Counted from the stretch's first letter, positions 15,779 through 25,027 are shown. The stretch is 38,464 nucleotides of DNA from a virus (IMGVR_UViG_2698536454_000007), one strand, 5' to 3'. Numbers and translations: made by a program. Notes: a model not told the origin generated them from the letters alone.

Positions 15779-15910
15779 ATGTCAGACAAGCTCATAACGC
15801 TGGCGAAGATCCTCTGTGTAATCGTCGGCATTTCATTTTCACTAATGCTGGTTGCTATTTGCTTTGCCACTGCCTGGCGCGTCTTAACTTTGTCATGGCT
15901 GGTGGGGTGA
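15779..15910 (+). CDS. Small hydrophobic membrane peptide (43 aa)
   Basis: GAGGA Shine-Dalgarno before ATG 15779; single predicted transmembrane helix ([26 protein letters not shown]); its stop overlaps the Rz Shine-Dalgarno. Confidence 0.35.
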   Translation: MSDKLITLAKILCVIVGISFSLMLVAICFATAWRVLTLSWLVG

Positions 15911-15917
15911 GGGGGAT

Positions 15918-16385
15918 ATGAACCGTGTTCTGTGTGTGGTGATTATTGTCCTGCTGGTAGCCTGTGGTGTGCTTAGTCTGGGGCTGAATCATTACCGCGA
16001 TAACGCCATTACCTACAAAGCGCAACGCGATAAAAAAGCCAGTGAGCTGAAGCTGGCGAACGTGACAATTACTGATATGCAGGTACGCCAGCGTGATGTC
16101 GCTGCACTTGATGCCAGATACTCGAGGGAATTAGCCGATGCGAGAGCTGAAAATGAAACTCTGCGTGCTGATGTTGCCGCTGGTCGTAAGCGCCTGCGCA
16201 TCAACGCCAACTGTCCAGGCTCCTTGCGTAAAGCCCCCATCACCTCCGGCGTGGATAATGCAACCGGTCCCCGACTGGCAGAAGCCGCTGAACGGGATTA
16301 TTTCATCCTCAGAGAACGGCTGATGGCAATGCAGAAGCAACTGGAAGGAGCACAGGAATATATCCGTACCCAGTGTATACCGTGA
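15918..16385 (+). CDS. Rz: Inner-membrane spanin Rz
   Basis: N-terminal transmembrane segment followed by coiled-coil-like sequence; GGGGGA Shine-Dalgarno; contains an embedded +1-frame Rz1. Confidence 0.85.
   Translation: MNRVLCVVIIVLLVACGVLSLGLNHYRDNAITYKAQRDKKASELKLANVTITDMQVRQRDVAALDARYSRELADARAENETLRADVAAGRKRLRINANCPGSLRKAPITSGVDNATGPRLAEAAERDYFILRERLMAMQKQLEGAQEYIRTQCIP
16138..16323 (+). CDS. Rz1: Outer-membrane lipoprotein spanin Rz1, embedded in Rz
   Basis: Lipobox LVVSAC followed by a proline-rich region [19 protein letters not shown]; resembles recalled RzoD. Confidence 0.75.
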   Translation: MRELKMKLCVLMLPLVVSACASTPTVQAPCVKPPSPPAWIMQPVPDWQKPLNGIISSSENG

Positions 16386-16851
16386 TGTTTTGTTATGAAG
16401 GTGTTACTGGTAACGTTAAGGTAATTTAACAAAGAGTCAGTTCCGGACTTTATAGTGTGCTCAGTTCATGGACAAAAACGATTTCTGTGATAAATATTTT
16501 GAATATTATTTACAGGTAAATGGAGTGGGGCGCATGGATAGAAATATTACAATAGAGTATGAAGTATATGCCCGTATTGTATGGGCAGAGAAGGCAAAAA
16601 CACGGTAATTCCGTGTGTTGCCATGATACCTGATTGGCAGAATAGTTGTTTGGTTTTGAGTATATAGTCAGCGTTTTTTGTTCAGTAATTGCCCCCTCAA
16701 AAAATAATAAAATAAGGTGATTATTTTTGTTTATTATTTAGTTTTTTTTTGTGTGTTATTTTATTGTTTTTGCGTGGTTTGTTTTTTATTGTTATTTCAT
16801 TAAGGGAAGGTAAATTCAGGATGGCAGTCTGTAGATAATCGGAGGTCACTT

Positions 16852-17166
16852 ATGCTACATGATCACGTGGCAGAATGTCTGGAGAAAAAAGGACTGTACC
16901 GGAGAGCAGCTGAACGATGGGCAAAAGTGATGGTACAGCTAAGTGATGACCAGAAAAGAAAAGTGGCGGCACAGAAACGAGCAGAGTGTTTGCGTAAGGC
17001 GCGCCGGACTCCGGTTTCACCGGTGAACCTGACCGAAATAAAACAAGCGGTCAACAGACTACATTCTGAGTTGGGAATGGGATTTGAAGAGCGGCGGGTA
17101 TTCCGACGATATAAAGGGACAGGAGAACAGAATACGTCCGGAAACGCGCGGTCAAAAAAATGCTAA
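16852..17166 (+). CDS. PerC-family (Pch-like) transcriptional activator, 104 aa
   Basis: GGAGG Shine-Dalgarno 6 nt before ATG; N-terminal motif ECLEKKGLYRRAAERWAKVM fits the PerC family signature as recalled; preceded by a long AT/GT-rich tract. Confidence 0.55.
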   Translation: MLHDHVAECLEKKGLYRRAAERWAKVMVQLSDDQKRKVAAQKRAECLRKARRTPVSPVNLTEIKQAVNRLHSELGMGFEERRVFRRYKGTGEQNTSGNARSKKC

Positions 17167-17202
17167 AAAATATCTGAGAGCGTTATTGCCTGTTACCATA
17201 AG

Positions 17203-17232
17203 AAAAAGCGACTTTAGTGGTCGCTTTTTGTG
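17203..17232. terminator. Bidirectional terminator between the convergent PerC-like and RHH-like genes
   Basis: GCGAC-TTTAGTG-GTCGC hairpin with A-run upstream and T-run downstream. Confidence 0.6.
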
Positions 17233-17247
17233 TCATATATAAGTCGT

Positions 17248-17472
17248 TTAAGTAAACCTGTCTGAACAGGTGCTCTGGTCGTGTTTGTCTTTGTTGGGTA
17301 CAAATTGAGCATGTTTTTCATTAATTAATCTTCTTCTGCAGGCTTCAATAACCCACGCTGAAAAATTACCTGAACCTTTCTGATCAAGAGCGATGTTAAT
17401 TTGTTCAATCATTTGGTTAGGAAAGCGGATGTTGCGGGTTGTTTTTCTGCGGGTTCTGTTCTTCGTTGACAT
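17248..17472 (-). CDS. Small basic protein, possibly ribbon-helix-helix (YlcI-like position before cos/Nu1)
   Basis: Minus-strand 74-aa ORF (MSTKNRTRRKTTRNIRFPNQMIEQINIALDQKG...); weak Shine-Dalgarno; assignment by synteny with DLP12 ylcI. Confidence 0.45.
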   Translation of the reverse strand: MSTKNRTRRKTTRNIRFPNQMIEQINIALDQKGSGNFSAWVIEACRRRLINEKHAQFVPNKDKHDQSTCSDRFT

Positions 17473-17659
17473 GAGGTTGCCCCGTATTCAGTGTCGCTGA
17501 TTTGTATTGTCTGAAGTTGTTTTTACGTTAAGTTGATGCAGATCAATTAATACGATACCTGCGTCATAATTGATTATTTGACGTGGTTTGATGGCGTAGA
17601 TGCACGTTGTGACATATAGATGATAATTATTATCATTTTGCGGGTCCTTTCCGGCGATC

Positions 17660-17830
17660 CGACAGGTTACGGGGCGGCGACCTCGCGGGTTTTCGCTATT
17701 TATGAAAATTTTCCGGGATCCATGTCCGGTTTCTCTTCAAGTTAACTATATGAAAAATATAAAAACAGGTCTTCTGTGAACCGGACATGAACAAAAAACA
17801 GACATGTAAACCGGACATGACCGGTTTTGT
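17660..17830. other. cos: cos site: cosN with the 12-nt cohesive end GGGCGGCGACCT (17672-17683) and a cosB-like array of terminase-binding repeats
   Basis: ...GACAGGTTACG|GGGCGGCGACCT|CGCGGGTTTTCGCTATTTATGAAAATTTTCCGG matches recalled lambda cos termini. Downstream lie CATGTCCGGT (inverted, 17721), an A/T-rich segment, then AACCGGACATGA twice (17779 and 17809). Confidence 0.8.
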
Positions 17831-17866
17831 TGTGATTGTGAGGTGAGAGTTTTTGCGAGGTGAGGA

Positions 17867-18376
17867 GTGGCTACGCAGACTGAAGTTGCCAGGCATTTAA
17901 GTCTGACCGATCGCCAGCTTCGCAGATTGCAGAAATTGCCGGGTGCCCCGATATCGAATAAGCGAGGGCAACTGGATCTGGATGCCTGGCGCGATTTTTA
18001 CATATCGTATCTGAGGAGAAGTAAAAACGATGTGCCTGATGGCGATAGCGAAGACGACTATGAGGAGAAATTGCTTATTGCCAGATGGGAACTGACAGCA
18101 GAACAGGCTGTTACACAGCAGTTAAAAAATGAGGTGTCAAAAGGAAAACTTATTGACACCGGGTTCTGTATTTTTGCCCTCAGTAAGCTGGCAATGGCGT
18201 TATCCAGTACGCTTGATTCCATCCCTTTATCCATGCAGCGACAGTTTCCTGATTTAACACCGCGCCATCTTGACCATCTGAAAACCCTTATTGCTAAGGG
18301 GGCAAATCAGTGTGCGCGGGCAGGGGATAAATTACCGGATTTACTCGATGAATATATCAGAGCAACAACTGAATAA
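17867..18376 (+). CDS. nu1: Terminase small subunit (Nu1-like)
   Basis: GTG start with GAGG 6 nt upstream; the C-terminal half (...FCIFALSKLAMALSSTLDSIPLSMQRQFPDL...LLDEYI) resembles lambda Nu1, while the N-terminal HTH region differs. Confidence 0.8.
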   Translation: MATQTEVARHLSLTDRQLRRLQKLPGAPISNKRGQLDLDAWRDFYISYLRRSKNDVPDGDSEDDYEEKLLIARWELTAEQAVTQQLKNEVSKGKLIDTGFCIFALSKLAMALSSTLDSIPLSMQRQFPDLTPRHLDHLKTLIAKGANQCARAGDKLPDLLDEYIRATTE

Positions 18377-20276
18377 TATGATGGCTGCCGTTTCGGTTGC
18401 GCTGCAGCCTCTGGTCAGGGTTGTACCAATGACGGCAGTTGAATGGGCTGATCAAAATTATTATCTGCCTAAAGAATCTTCATATGGTGAGGGAGAATGG
18501 AAAACGCTGCCATTCCAGATCGCCATTATGAACTGTATGGGTAACGACCAGGTTCGCACGGTTAACCTGATTAAATCTGCCCGTGTTGGCTATACAAAGA
18601 TGTTGCTGGGGGTGGTCGGGTATTTTATTGAGCATAAATCCCGAAACAGTCTGCTTTTTCAGCCCACGGATTCTGCCGCTGAAGATTTTATGAAGTCTCA
18701 CGTGGAGGCGACGATTCGGAACGTGCCATGCCTGAAAGACCTTTCCCCATGGCTGGGTCGTAAACATCGTGACAATACTCTCACGCTGAAACGCTTTTCA
18801 TCGGGCGTCGGTTTCTGGTGCCTGGGCGGTGCAGCCGCCAAAAACTACCGTGAAAAATCCGTGGACGTGGTCTGCTATGACGAGCTTTCCTCGTTCGAGC
18901 CGGATGTCGAAAAAGAGGGCTCGCCAACCCTGCTGGGGGATAAGCGTATTGAGGGCTCTGTATGGCCAAAATCCATTCGCGGCTCGACGCCTAAAATCAA
19001 AGGTACCTGCCAGATCGAAAAAGCGGCCAACGAGTCGGCGCATTTCATGCGTTTCTATGTGCCCTGCCCGCACTGTGGGGAGGCGCAGTATCTGAAATTT
19101 GGCGATGAATCCACGCCTTTTGGCCTTAAATGGGAGAAGGACAGCCCCGAAAGCGTTTTCTACCTCTGTGAACATCATGGCTGCGTGATCCATCAGTCTG
19201 AGCTTGACCAGAGTAACGGGCGCTGGATCTGTGAAAACACGGGTATGTGGACCCGTGACGGCCTGATGTTTTTCAGCGCCCGGGGGGATGAAATTCCGCC
19301 GCCGCGCTCCATCACGTTCCATATCTGGACGGCGTACAGTCCGTTCACCACCTGGATACAGATAGTCTATGACTGGCTGGATGCACTGAAAGATCCCAAC
19401 GGCCTGAAAACCTTTGTGAACACCACGCTGGGCGAGACCTGGGAAGAGGCCGTGGGCGAAAAACTCGATCACCAGGTACTGATGGATAAGGTGGTGCGTT
19501 ACACGGCGGCGGTGCCTGCCCGGGTGGTTTATCTGACGGCGGGCATTGACTCGCAGCGAAACCGTTTTGAGATGTATGTCTGGGGATGGGCACAGGGAGA
19601 GGAAGCCTTTCTGGTGGATAAAATCATCATTATGGGCCGTCCCGATGAGGAAGAGACGCTGTTACGTGTGGATGCGGCGATCAACAAAAAATACTGCCAT
19701 GCAGACGGAACCGAAATGACCATTTCCCGTGTCTGCTGGGACACCGGGGGGATCGATGGTGAAATTGTCTATCAGAGGTCAAAAAAACACGGTGTTTTCC
19801 GGGTGCTGCCGGTAAAAGGCGCATCTGTCTATGGCAAGCCGGTGATCACCATGCCGAAAACCCGCAATCAGCGGGGCGTGTATCTGTGTGAAGTGGGGAC
19901 GGACACCGCAAAAGAAATTCTCTATGCCCGTATGAAAGCCGATCCCACTCCTGCGGATGAAGCCACGTCGTATGCCATCCGTTTTCCTGATGATCCGGAG
20001 ATTTTTTCGCAGACAGAGGCGCAGCAACTGGTCGCGGAAGAGCTTGTGGAGAAGTGGGAAAAAGGAAAGATGCGTCTGCTGTGGGATAACAAAAAGCGGC
20101 GTAACGAAGCGCTGGACTGCCTGGTGTATGCCTACGCGGCATTACGTGTGTCCGTGCAACGCTGGCAGCTTGATCTGGCTGTACTGGCAAAATCCCGGGA
20201 AGAAGAGACGACCCGGCCAACCCTGAAAGAACTGGCAGCGAAGCTGTCCGGAGGAGTGAATGGTTACAGTCGCTGA
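18348..20276 (+). CDS. A: Terminase large subunit (gpA-like)
   Basis: MNISEQQ... start overlapping the Nu1 3' end as in lambda; long collinear similarity to recalled lambda A (e.g. YYLPKESSYGEGEWKTLPFQ, WPKSIRGSTPK, TAYSPFTTW). Confidence 0.9.
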   Translation: MNISEQQLNNMMAAVSVALQPLVRVVPMTAVEWADQNYYLPKESSYGEGEWKTLPFQIAIMNCMGNDQVRTVNLIKSARVGYTKMLLGVVGYFIEHKSRNSLLFQPTDSAAEDFMKSHVEATIRNVPCLKDLSPWLGRKHRDNTLTLKRFSSGVGFWCLGGAAAKNYREKSVDVVCYDELSSFEPDVEKEGSPTLLGDKRIEGSVWPKSIRGSTPKIKGTCQIEKAANESAHFMRFYVPCPHCGEAQYLKFGDESTPFGLKWEKDSPESVFYLCEHHGCVIHQSELDQSNGRWICENTGMWTRDGLMFFSARGDEIPPPRSITFHIWTAYSPFTTWIQIVYDWLDALKDPNGLKTFVNTTLGETWEEAVGEKLDHQVLMDKVVRYTAAVPARVVYLTAGIDSQRNRFEMYVWGWAQGEEAFLVDKIIIMGRPDEEETLLRVDAAINKKYCHADGTEMTISRVCWDTGGIDGEIVYQRSKKHGVFRVLPVKGASVYGKPVITMPKTRNQRGVYLCEVGTDTAKEILYARMKADPTPADEATSYAIRFPDDPEIFSQTEAQQLVAEELVEKWEKGKMRLLWDNKKRRNEALDCLVYAYAALRVSVQRWQLDLAVLAKSREEETTRPTLKELAAKLSGGVNGYSR

Positions 20277-20466
20277 ACTACAGGCGCTACGTCAGGCGCG
20301 CCTTGATTTATTAACCGGTAAACGGGTGGTGTCTGTCCAGAAAGATGGTCGCAGAATTGAATATACGGCGGCTTCTCTGGATGAGCTTAACCGGGCGATC
20401 AATGATGCGGAGTCGGTACTGGGGACAACCCGACGTCGCCGTCGTCCGCTGGGAGTGAGGTTATGA
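20260..20466 (+). CDS. W: Head-tail joining protein W
   Basis: 68 aa; LLTGKRVVSVQKDGRRIEYTAASL resembles lambda W; GGAGGAG Shine-Dalgarno. Confidence 0.85.
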   Translation: MVTVAELQALRQARLDLLTGKRVVSVQKDGRRIEYTAASLDELNRAINDAESVLGTTRRRRRPLGVRL

Positions 20467-22055
20467 AACGAACGCCTGTCCTGATTGATGTGAACGGCGT
20501 TCCGCTTCGTGAGAGTCTCAGCTACAACGGGGGCGGCGCAGGATTTGGCGGGCAAATGGCGGAGTGGTTGCCACCGGCGCAGAGTGCCGATGCAGCCCTG
20601 CTGCCTGCGTTGCGTCTGGGGAATGCCCGGGCAGATGATCTGGTGCGCAATAACGGGATAGCGGCCAATGCGGTGGCCCTGCATAAGGATCATATTGTCG
20701 GGCATATGTTTCTGATCAGCTACCGTCCGAACTGGCGCTGGCTGGGGATGCGGGAGACTGCGGCAAAAAGTTTTGTCGATGAGGTGGAGGCGGCCTGGTC
20801 GGAATACGCCGAAGGGATGTCTGGCGAGATCGACGTGGAAGAGAAACGCACGTTTACGGAATTTATTCGTGAAGGTGTGGGCGTTCATGCGTTTAACGGC
20901 GAAATCTTTGTGCAGCCGGTCTGGGATACGGAGAGCACGCAACTGTTTCGTACGCGTTTTAAAGCCGTGAGTCCGAAACGGGTGGACACGCCAGGACACG
21001 GTATGGGGAACCGTTTTCTGCGGGCCGGGGTGGAGGTCGATCGATATGGCCGTGCCGTTGCGTACCATATCTGTGAGGATGATTTTCCGTTCTCTGGTAG
21101 TGGACGATGGGAACGGATCCCGCGTGAACTACCCACCGGGCGTCCGGCCATGCTGCATATTTTCGAGCCGGTGGAGGACGGGCAGACCCGTGGGGCTAAT
21201 CAGTTTTACAGCGTCATGGAACGGCTGAAGATGCTGGATTCCCTGCAGGCAACACAGCTTCAGTCGGCCATTGTGAAAGCCATGTATGCAGCGACGATTG
21301 AAAGTGAACTTGATACCGAAAAGGCCTTTGAATATATCGCCGGTGCGCCGCAGGGGCAGAAGGATAATCCGCTTATTAATATTCTGGATAAGTTCTCCAC
21401 CTGGTATGACACGAATAACGTGACGCTGGGCGGTGTCAAAATTCCGCACCTTTTCCCCGGTGATGATCTGAAACTGCAGACTGCGCAGGATTCAGACAAT
21501 GGATTTTCGGCGCTTGAACAGGCGCTGCTGCGGTATATCGCCGCCGGTCTTGGCGTTTCCTACGAACAGTTGTCCCGGGATTACTCGAAGGTCAGTTATT
21601 CAAGTGCCCGCGCCTCCGCCAATGAGTCGTGGCGCTATTTTATGGGACGACGAAAATTTATTGCGTCCCGGCTGGCCACGCAGATGTTTTCCTGCTGGCT
21701 GGAAGAGGCACTTCTTCGGGGGATTATTCGTCCGCCACGGGCGCGTTTTGATTTTTATCAGGCGCGATCAGCCTGGTCACGGGCTGAGTGGATTGGAGCC
21801 GGAAGAATGGCCATTGACGGGCTCAAGGAAGTCCAGGAATCAGTGATGCGCATTGAGGCCGGACTGAGCACGTATGAGAAAGAGCTGGCGCTGATGGGCG
21901 AGGATTATCAGGACATTTTCCGCCAGCAGGTCAGGGAATCTGCTGAGCGACAAAAAGCCGGACTCTCACGTCCGGTGTGGATAGCGCAGGCGTATGAGCA
22001 GCAGATAGCGGAGAGTCGCAGGCCGGAAGAGGAGACAACACCACGTGAGACGTAA
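20463..22055 (+). CDS. B: Portal protein (gpB-like)
   Basis: 530 aa, position and size as lambda B; ATGA overlap with W stop. Confidence 0.9.
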   Translation: MKRTPVLIDVNGVPLRESLSYNGGGAGFGGQMAEWLPPAQSADAALLPALRLGNARADDLVRNNGIAANAVALHKDHIVGHMFLISYRPNWRWLGMRETAAKSFVDEVEAAWSEYAEGMSGEIDVEEKRTFTEFIREGVGVHAFNGEIFVQPVWDTESTQLFRTRFKAVSPKRVDTPGHGMGNRFLRAGVEVDRYGRAVAYHICEDDFPFSGSGRWERIPRELPTGRPAMLHIFEPVEDGQTRGANQFYSVMERLKMLDSLQATQLQSAIVKAMYAATIESELDTEKAFEYIAGAPQGQKDNPLINILDKFSTWYDTNNVTLGGVKIPHLFPGDDLKLQTAQDSDNGFSALEQALLRYIAAGLGVSYEQLSRDYSKVSYSSARASANESWRYFMGRRKFIASRLATQMFSCWLEEALLRGIIRPPRARFDFYQARSAWSRAEWIGAGRMAIDGLKEVQESVMRIEAGLSTYEKELALMGEDYQDIFRQQVRESAERQKAGLSRPVWIAQAYEQQIAESRRPEEETTPRET

Positions 22056-23550
22056 TCTTTCACACATTATTGCCGCAGCATTCAATGAACCGCTGCTTCT
22101 GGAGCCCGCCTATGCGCGGGTTTTCTTTTGCGCGCTCGGGCGCGAGATGGGGGCATCAAGTCTTTCGGTACCACAACAGCAGGTACAGTTTGATGCTCCC
22201 GGAATGCTGGCTGAAACGGACGAGTACATGGCCGGAGGTAAACGACCGGCCCGTGTTTACCGGGTGGTGAACGGTATTGCTGTACTGCCGGTGACCGGCA
22301 CGCTGGTGCACCGGCTGGGGGGTATGCGGCCATTTTCCGGAATGACAGGCTATGACGGCATTGTCGCCTGTCTTCAGCAGGCAATGGCGGATAGCCAGGT
22401 GCGGGGCGTACTGCTGGACATTGACAGTCCGGGCGGGCAGGCCGCCGGCGCGTTTGACTGCGCTGACATGATTTACCGCCTCCGTCAGCAGAAGCCGGTC
22501 TGGGCACTGTGCAATGACACGGCCTGCTCTGCAGCCATGCTGCTGGCGTCGGCCTGCTCCCGACGGCTGGTTACCCAGACATCCCGTATCGGCTCCATTG
22601 GCGTGATGATGAGCCATGTCAGCTATGCCGGTCATCTGGCGCAGGCCGGTGTTGATATCACGCTGATTTACTCAGGGGCGCACAAGGTGGATGGCAATCA
22701 GTTTGAAGCGTTGCCGGCAGAGGTTCGCCAGGACATGCAACAGCGCATTGATGCGGCGCGCCGGATGTTTGCTGAAAAAGTAGCGATGTATACCGGTCTG
22801 TCTGTTGATGCTGTCACGGGAACAGAGGCCGCCGTTTTTGAAGGTCAGTCCGGCATTGAGGCCGGGCTGGCGGATGAATTAATCAATGCGTCGGATGCCA
22901 TCAGTGTGATGGCCACGGCGCTGAACAGTAATGTCAGAGGAGGCACTATGCCGCAATTAACTGCAACGGAAGCCGCCGCGCAGGAGAACCAGCGAGTGAT
23001 GGGGATCCTGACATGCCAGGAAGCGAAAGGACGTGAACAGCTTGCCACGATGCTGGCAGGACAACAGGGCATGAGCGTTGAACAGGCCCGGGCGATTCTG
23101 GCCGCGGCGGCACCACAGCAGCCGGTGGCATCCGCGCAGAGTGAAGCCGATCGCATTATGGCGTGTGAAGAAGCGAAAGGTCGTGAACAACTGGCGGCAA
23201 CGCTGGCGGCGATGCCGGAGATGACGGTGGAAAAAGCCCGCCCGATCCTGGCTGCTTCACCGCAGGCGGATGCCGGACCCTCACTCCGTGATCAGATCAT
23301 GGCACTGGATGAGGCAAAAGGGGCTGAGGCGCAGGCTGAACAGCTGGCTGCCTGCCCGGGAATGACTGTGGAGAGCGCCCGGGCTGTGCTGGCTGCGGGA
23401 TCAGGTAAGGCAGAACCGGTCTCTGCATCCACAACCGCCATGTTTGAACGCATCATGGCGAACCATTCACCGGCAGCGGTACAGGGTGGCGTGCCACAGA
23501 CGTCAGCAGACGGTGATGCGGACGTGAAAATGCTCATGGCCATGCCATGA
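22045..23550 (+). CDS. C: Prohead protease / minor capsid protein C (S49 ClpP-like) with a C-terminal scaffold region
   Basis: N-terminal FNEPLLLEPAYARVFFCAL and protease core GIAVLPVTGTLV...SPGG...VWALCND...IGSIGVMM resemble lambda C; GTG start 22045. Confidence 0.85.
   Translation: MRRNLSHIIAAAFNEPLLLEPAYARVFFCALGREMGASSLSVPQQQVQFDAPGMLAETDEYMAGGKRPARVYRVVNGIAVLPVTGTLVHRLGGMRPFSGMTGYDGIVACLQQAMADSQVRGVLLDIDSPGGQAAGAFDCADMIYRLRQQKPVWALCNDTACSAAMLLASACSRRLVTQTSRIGSIGVMMSHVSYAGHLAQAGVDITLIYSGAHKVDGNQFEALPAEVRQDMQQRIDAARRMFAEKVAMYTGLSVDAVTGTEAAVFEGQSGIEAGLADELINASDAISVMATALNSNVRGGTMPQLTATEAAAQENQRVMGILTCQEAKGREQLATMLAGQQGMSVEQARAILAAAAPQQPVASAQSEADRIMACEEAKGREQLAATLAAMPEMTVEKARPILAASPQADAGPSLRDQIMALDEAKGAEAQAEQLAACPGMTVESARAVLAAGSGKAEPVSASTTAMFERIMANHSPAAVQGGVPQTSADGDADVKMLMAMP
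22948..23550 (+). CDS. nu3: Scaffolding protein Nu3-like, in-frame internal start within C
   Basis: ATG 22948 is in frame with C and preceded by GGAGG 5 nt upstream; same nested arrangement as lambda Nu3. Confidence 0.6.
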   Translation: MPQLTATEAAAQENQRVMGILTCQEAKGREQLATMLAGQQGMSVEQARAILAAAAPQQPVASAQSEADRIMACEEAKGREQLAATLAAMPEMTVEKARPILAASPQADAGPSLRDQIMALDEAKGAEAQAEQLAACPGMTVESARAVLAAGSGKAEPVSASTTAMFERIMANHSPAAVQGGVPQTSADGDADVKMLMAMP

Positions 23551-23586
23551 AGCCAGTGCTGACCATCAACAGGAGGTTTTTACAAT

Positions 23587-23934
23587 ATGGTGACGAAAAC
23601 TATCACTGAACAGCGTGCGGAAGTACGTATTTTTGCCGGTAATGATCCGGCTCATACCGCCACAGGCAGCAGCGGGATTTCCTCGGCAACACCGGCACTG
23701 ACGCCCCTGATGCTGGATGAGGCCACCGGGAAACTGGTGGTCTGGGACGGACAAAAAGCCGGTAGTGCGGTTGGCATACTGGTACTGCCGCTTGAAGGCA
23801 CAGAGACGGCGCTGACCTATTACAAGTCGGGGACCTTTGCGACGGAGGCAATCCGCTGGCCTGAAAGTGTGGATGAACACAAAAAGGCCAACGCCTTTGC
23901 CGGCAGTGCCCTGAGTCACGCGGCGCTGCCGTAA
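23587..23934 (+). CDS. D: Head decoration protein D
   Basis: 115 aa; DPAHTAT...TPLMLD...KSGTF...AFAG motifs as in lambda gpD; AGGAGG Shine-Dalgarno. Confidence 0.9.
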   Translation: MVTKTITEQRAEVRIFAGNDPAHTATGSSGISSATPALTPLMLDEATGKLVVWDGQKAGSAVGILVLPLEGTETALTYYKSGTFATEAIRWPESVDEHKKANAFAGSALSHAALP

Positions 23935-23991
23935 CACGTTATCAGGCCACCGCGGTGGCCTGACTGATTTCTGAATGAAAGGAACTGATTT

Positions 23992-25020
23992 ATGGGATTG
24001 TTTACGACCCGCCAGTTACTCGGTTATACCGAACAAAAAGTGAAATTTCGTGCGCTGTTTCTGGAGCTGTTTTTCCGCCGTACGGTGAATTTCCATACCG
24101 AAGAGGTGATGCTGGACAAAATTACCGGAAAAACGCCGGTGGCGGCCTATGTTTCCCCGGTTGTTGAAGGAAAAGTGCTGCGTCATCGTGGTGGTGAAAC
24201 CCGCGTGTTACGTCCGGGCTACGTCAAGCCGAAACACGAATTTAATTACCAGCAGGCGGTTGAGCGTCTTCCCGGTGAAGATCCGGCTCAGCTGAACGAC
24301 CCGGCCTACCGTCGTCTGCGTATCATCACTGATAACCTCAAACAGGAAGAGCACGCCATTGTCCAGGTGGAAGAAATGCAGGCGGTGAATGCCGTGCTGT
24401 ATGGCAAATACACGATGGAAGGAGACCAGTTCGAGAAAATTGAGGTCGATTTTGGCAGGTCGACGAAGAATAACATCACTCAGGGTAGTGGTAAGGAGTG
24501 GTCAAAACAGGATCGTGACACGTTCGATCCTACACATGATCTTGACCTCTACTGCGACCAGGCCAGCGGTCTTGTGAATATTGCCATTATGGACGGTACC
24601 GTCTGGCGTCTGCTGAATGGCTTTAAATTGTTCCGCGAAAAACTGGATACCCGTCGCGGTTCAAATTCTCAACTCGAAACAGCGGTGAAAGACCTGGGCG
24701 CGGTGGTGTCCTTCAAAGGGTATTACGGCGATCTGGCCATTGTGGTGGCAAAAACGTCTTATGTGGCAGAGGACGGTACCGAAAAACGTTATCTGCCTGA
24801 GGGCTCGCTGGTCCTGGGGAATACGGCAGCAGAGGGCATTCGTTGCTATGGTGCCATTCAGGATGCGCAGGCGTTGTCCGAAGGTGTGGTGGCCTCTTCC
24901 CGTTATCCGAAACACTGGCTGACGGTGGGGGATCCCGCCCGTGAATTTACCATGACGCAGTCCGCGCCGCTGATGGTGTTGCCGGACCCGGATGAGTTTG
25001 TGGTGGTACAGGTGAAATAA
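23992..25020 (+). CDS. E: Major capsid protein E
   Basis: 342 aa; extensive similarity to lambda gpE (PGYVKPKHE, IVQVEEMQAVNAVLYGKYTM, LDTRRGSNS, GDPAREFTMTQSAPLM). Confidence 0.9.
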   Translation: MGLFTTRQLLGYTEQKVKFRALFLELFFRRTVNFHTEEVMLDKITGKTPVAAYVSPVVEGKVLRHRGGETRVLRPGYVKPKHEFNYQQAVERLPGEDPAQLNDPAYRRLRIITDNLKQEEHAIVQVEEMQAVNAVLYGKYTMEGDQFEKIEVDFGRSTKNNITQGSGKEWSKQDRDTFDPTHDLDLYCDQASGLVNIAIMDGTVWRLLNGFKLFREKLDTRRGSNSQLETAVKDLGAVVSFKGYYGDLAIVVAKTSYVAEDGTEKRYLPEGSLVLGNTAAEGIRCYGAIQDAQALSEGVVASSRYPKHWLTVGDPAREFTMTQSAPLMVLPDPDEFVVVQVK

Positions 25021-25027
25021 TCCGTGA

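Noticed and set aside
16468-16608. 46-codon AT-rich ORF between Rz and the PerC-like gene
   Set aside because: No Shine-Dalgarno and low-complexity composition; cannot be supported as a gene without conservation or expression data.
18798-19472. 224-aa minus-strand ORF
   Set aside because: Entirely antisense within the terminase large subunit gene, which has strong end-to-end similarity to lambda A.
20292-21068. 258-aa minus-strand ORF
   Set aside because: Antisense within the portal gene; Arg/Pro-rich composition typical of a GC-rich shadow frame.
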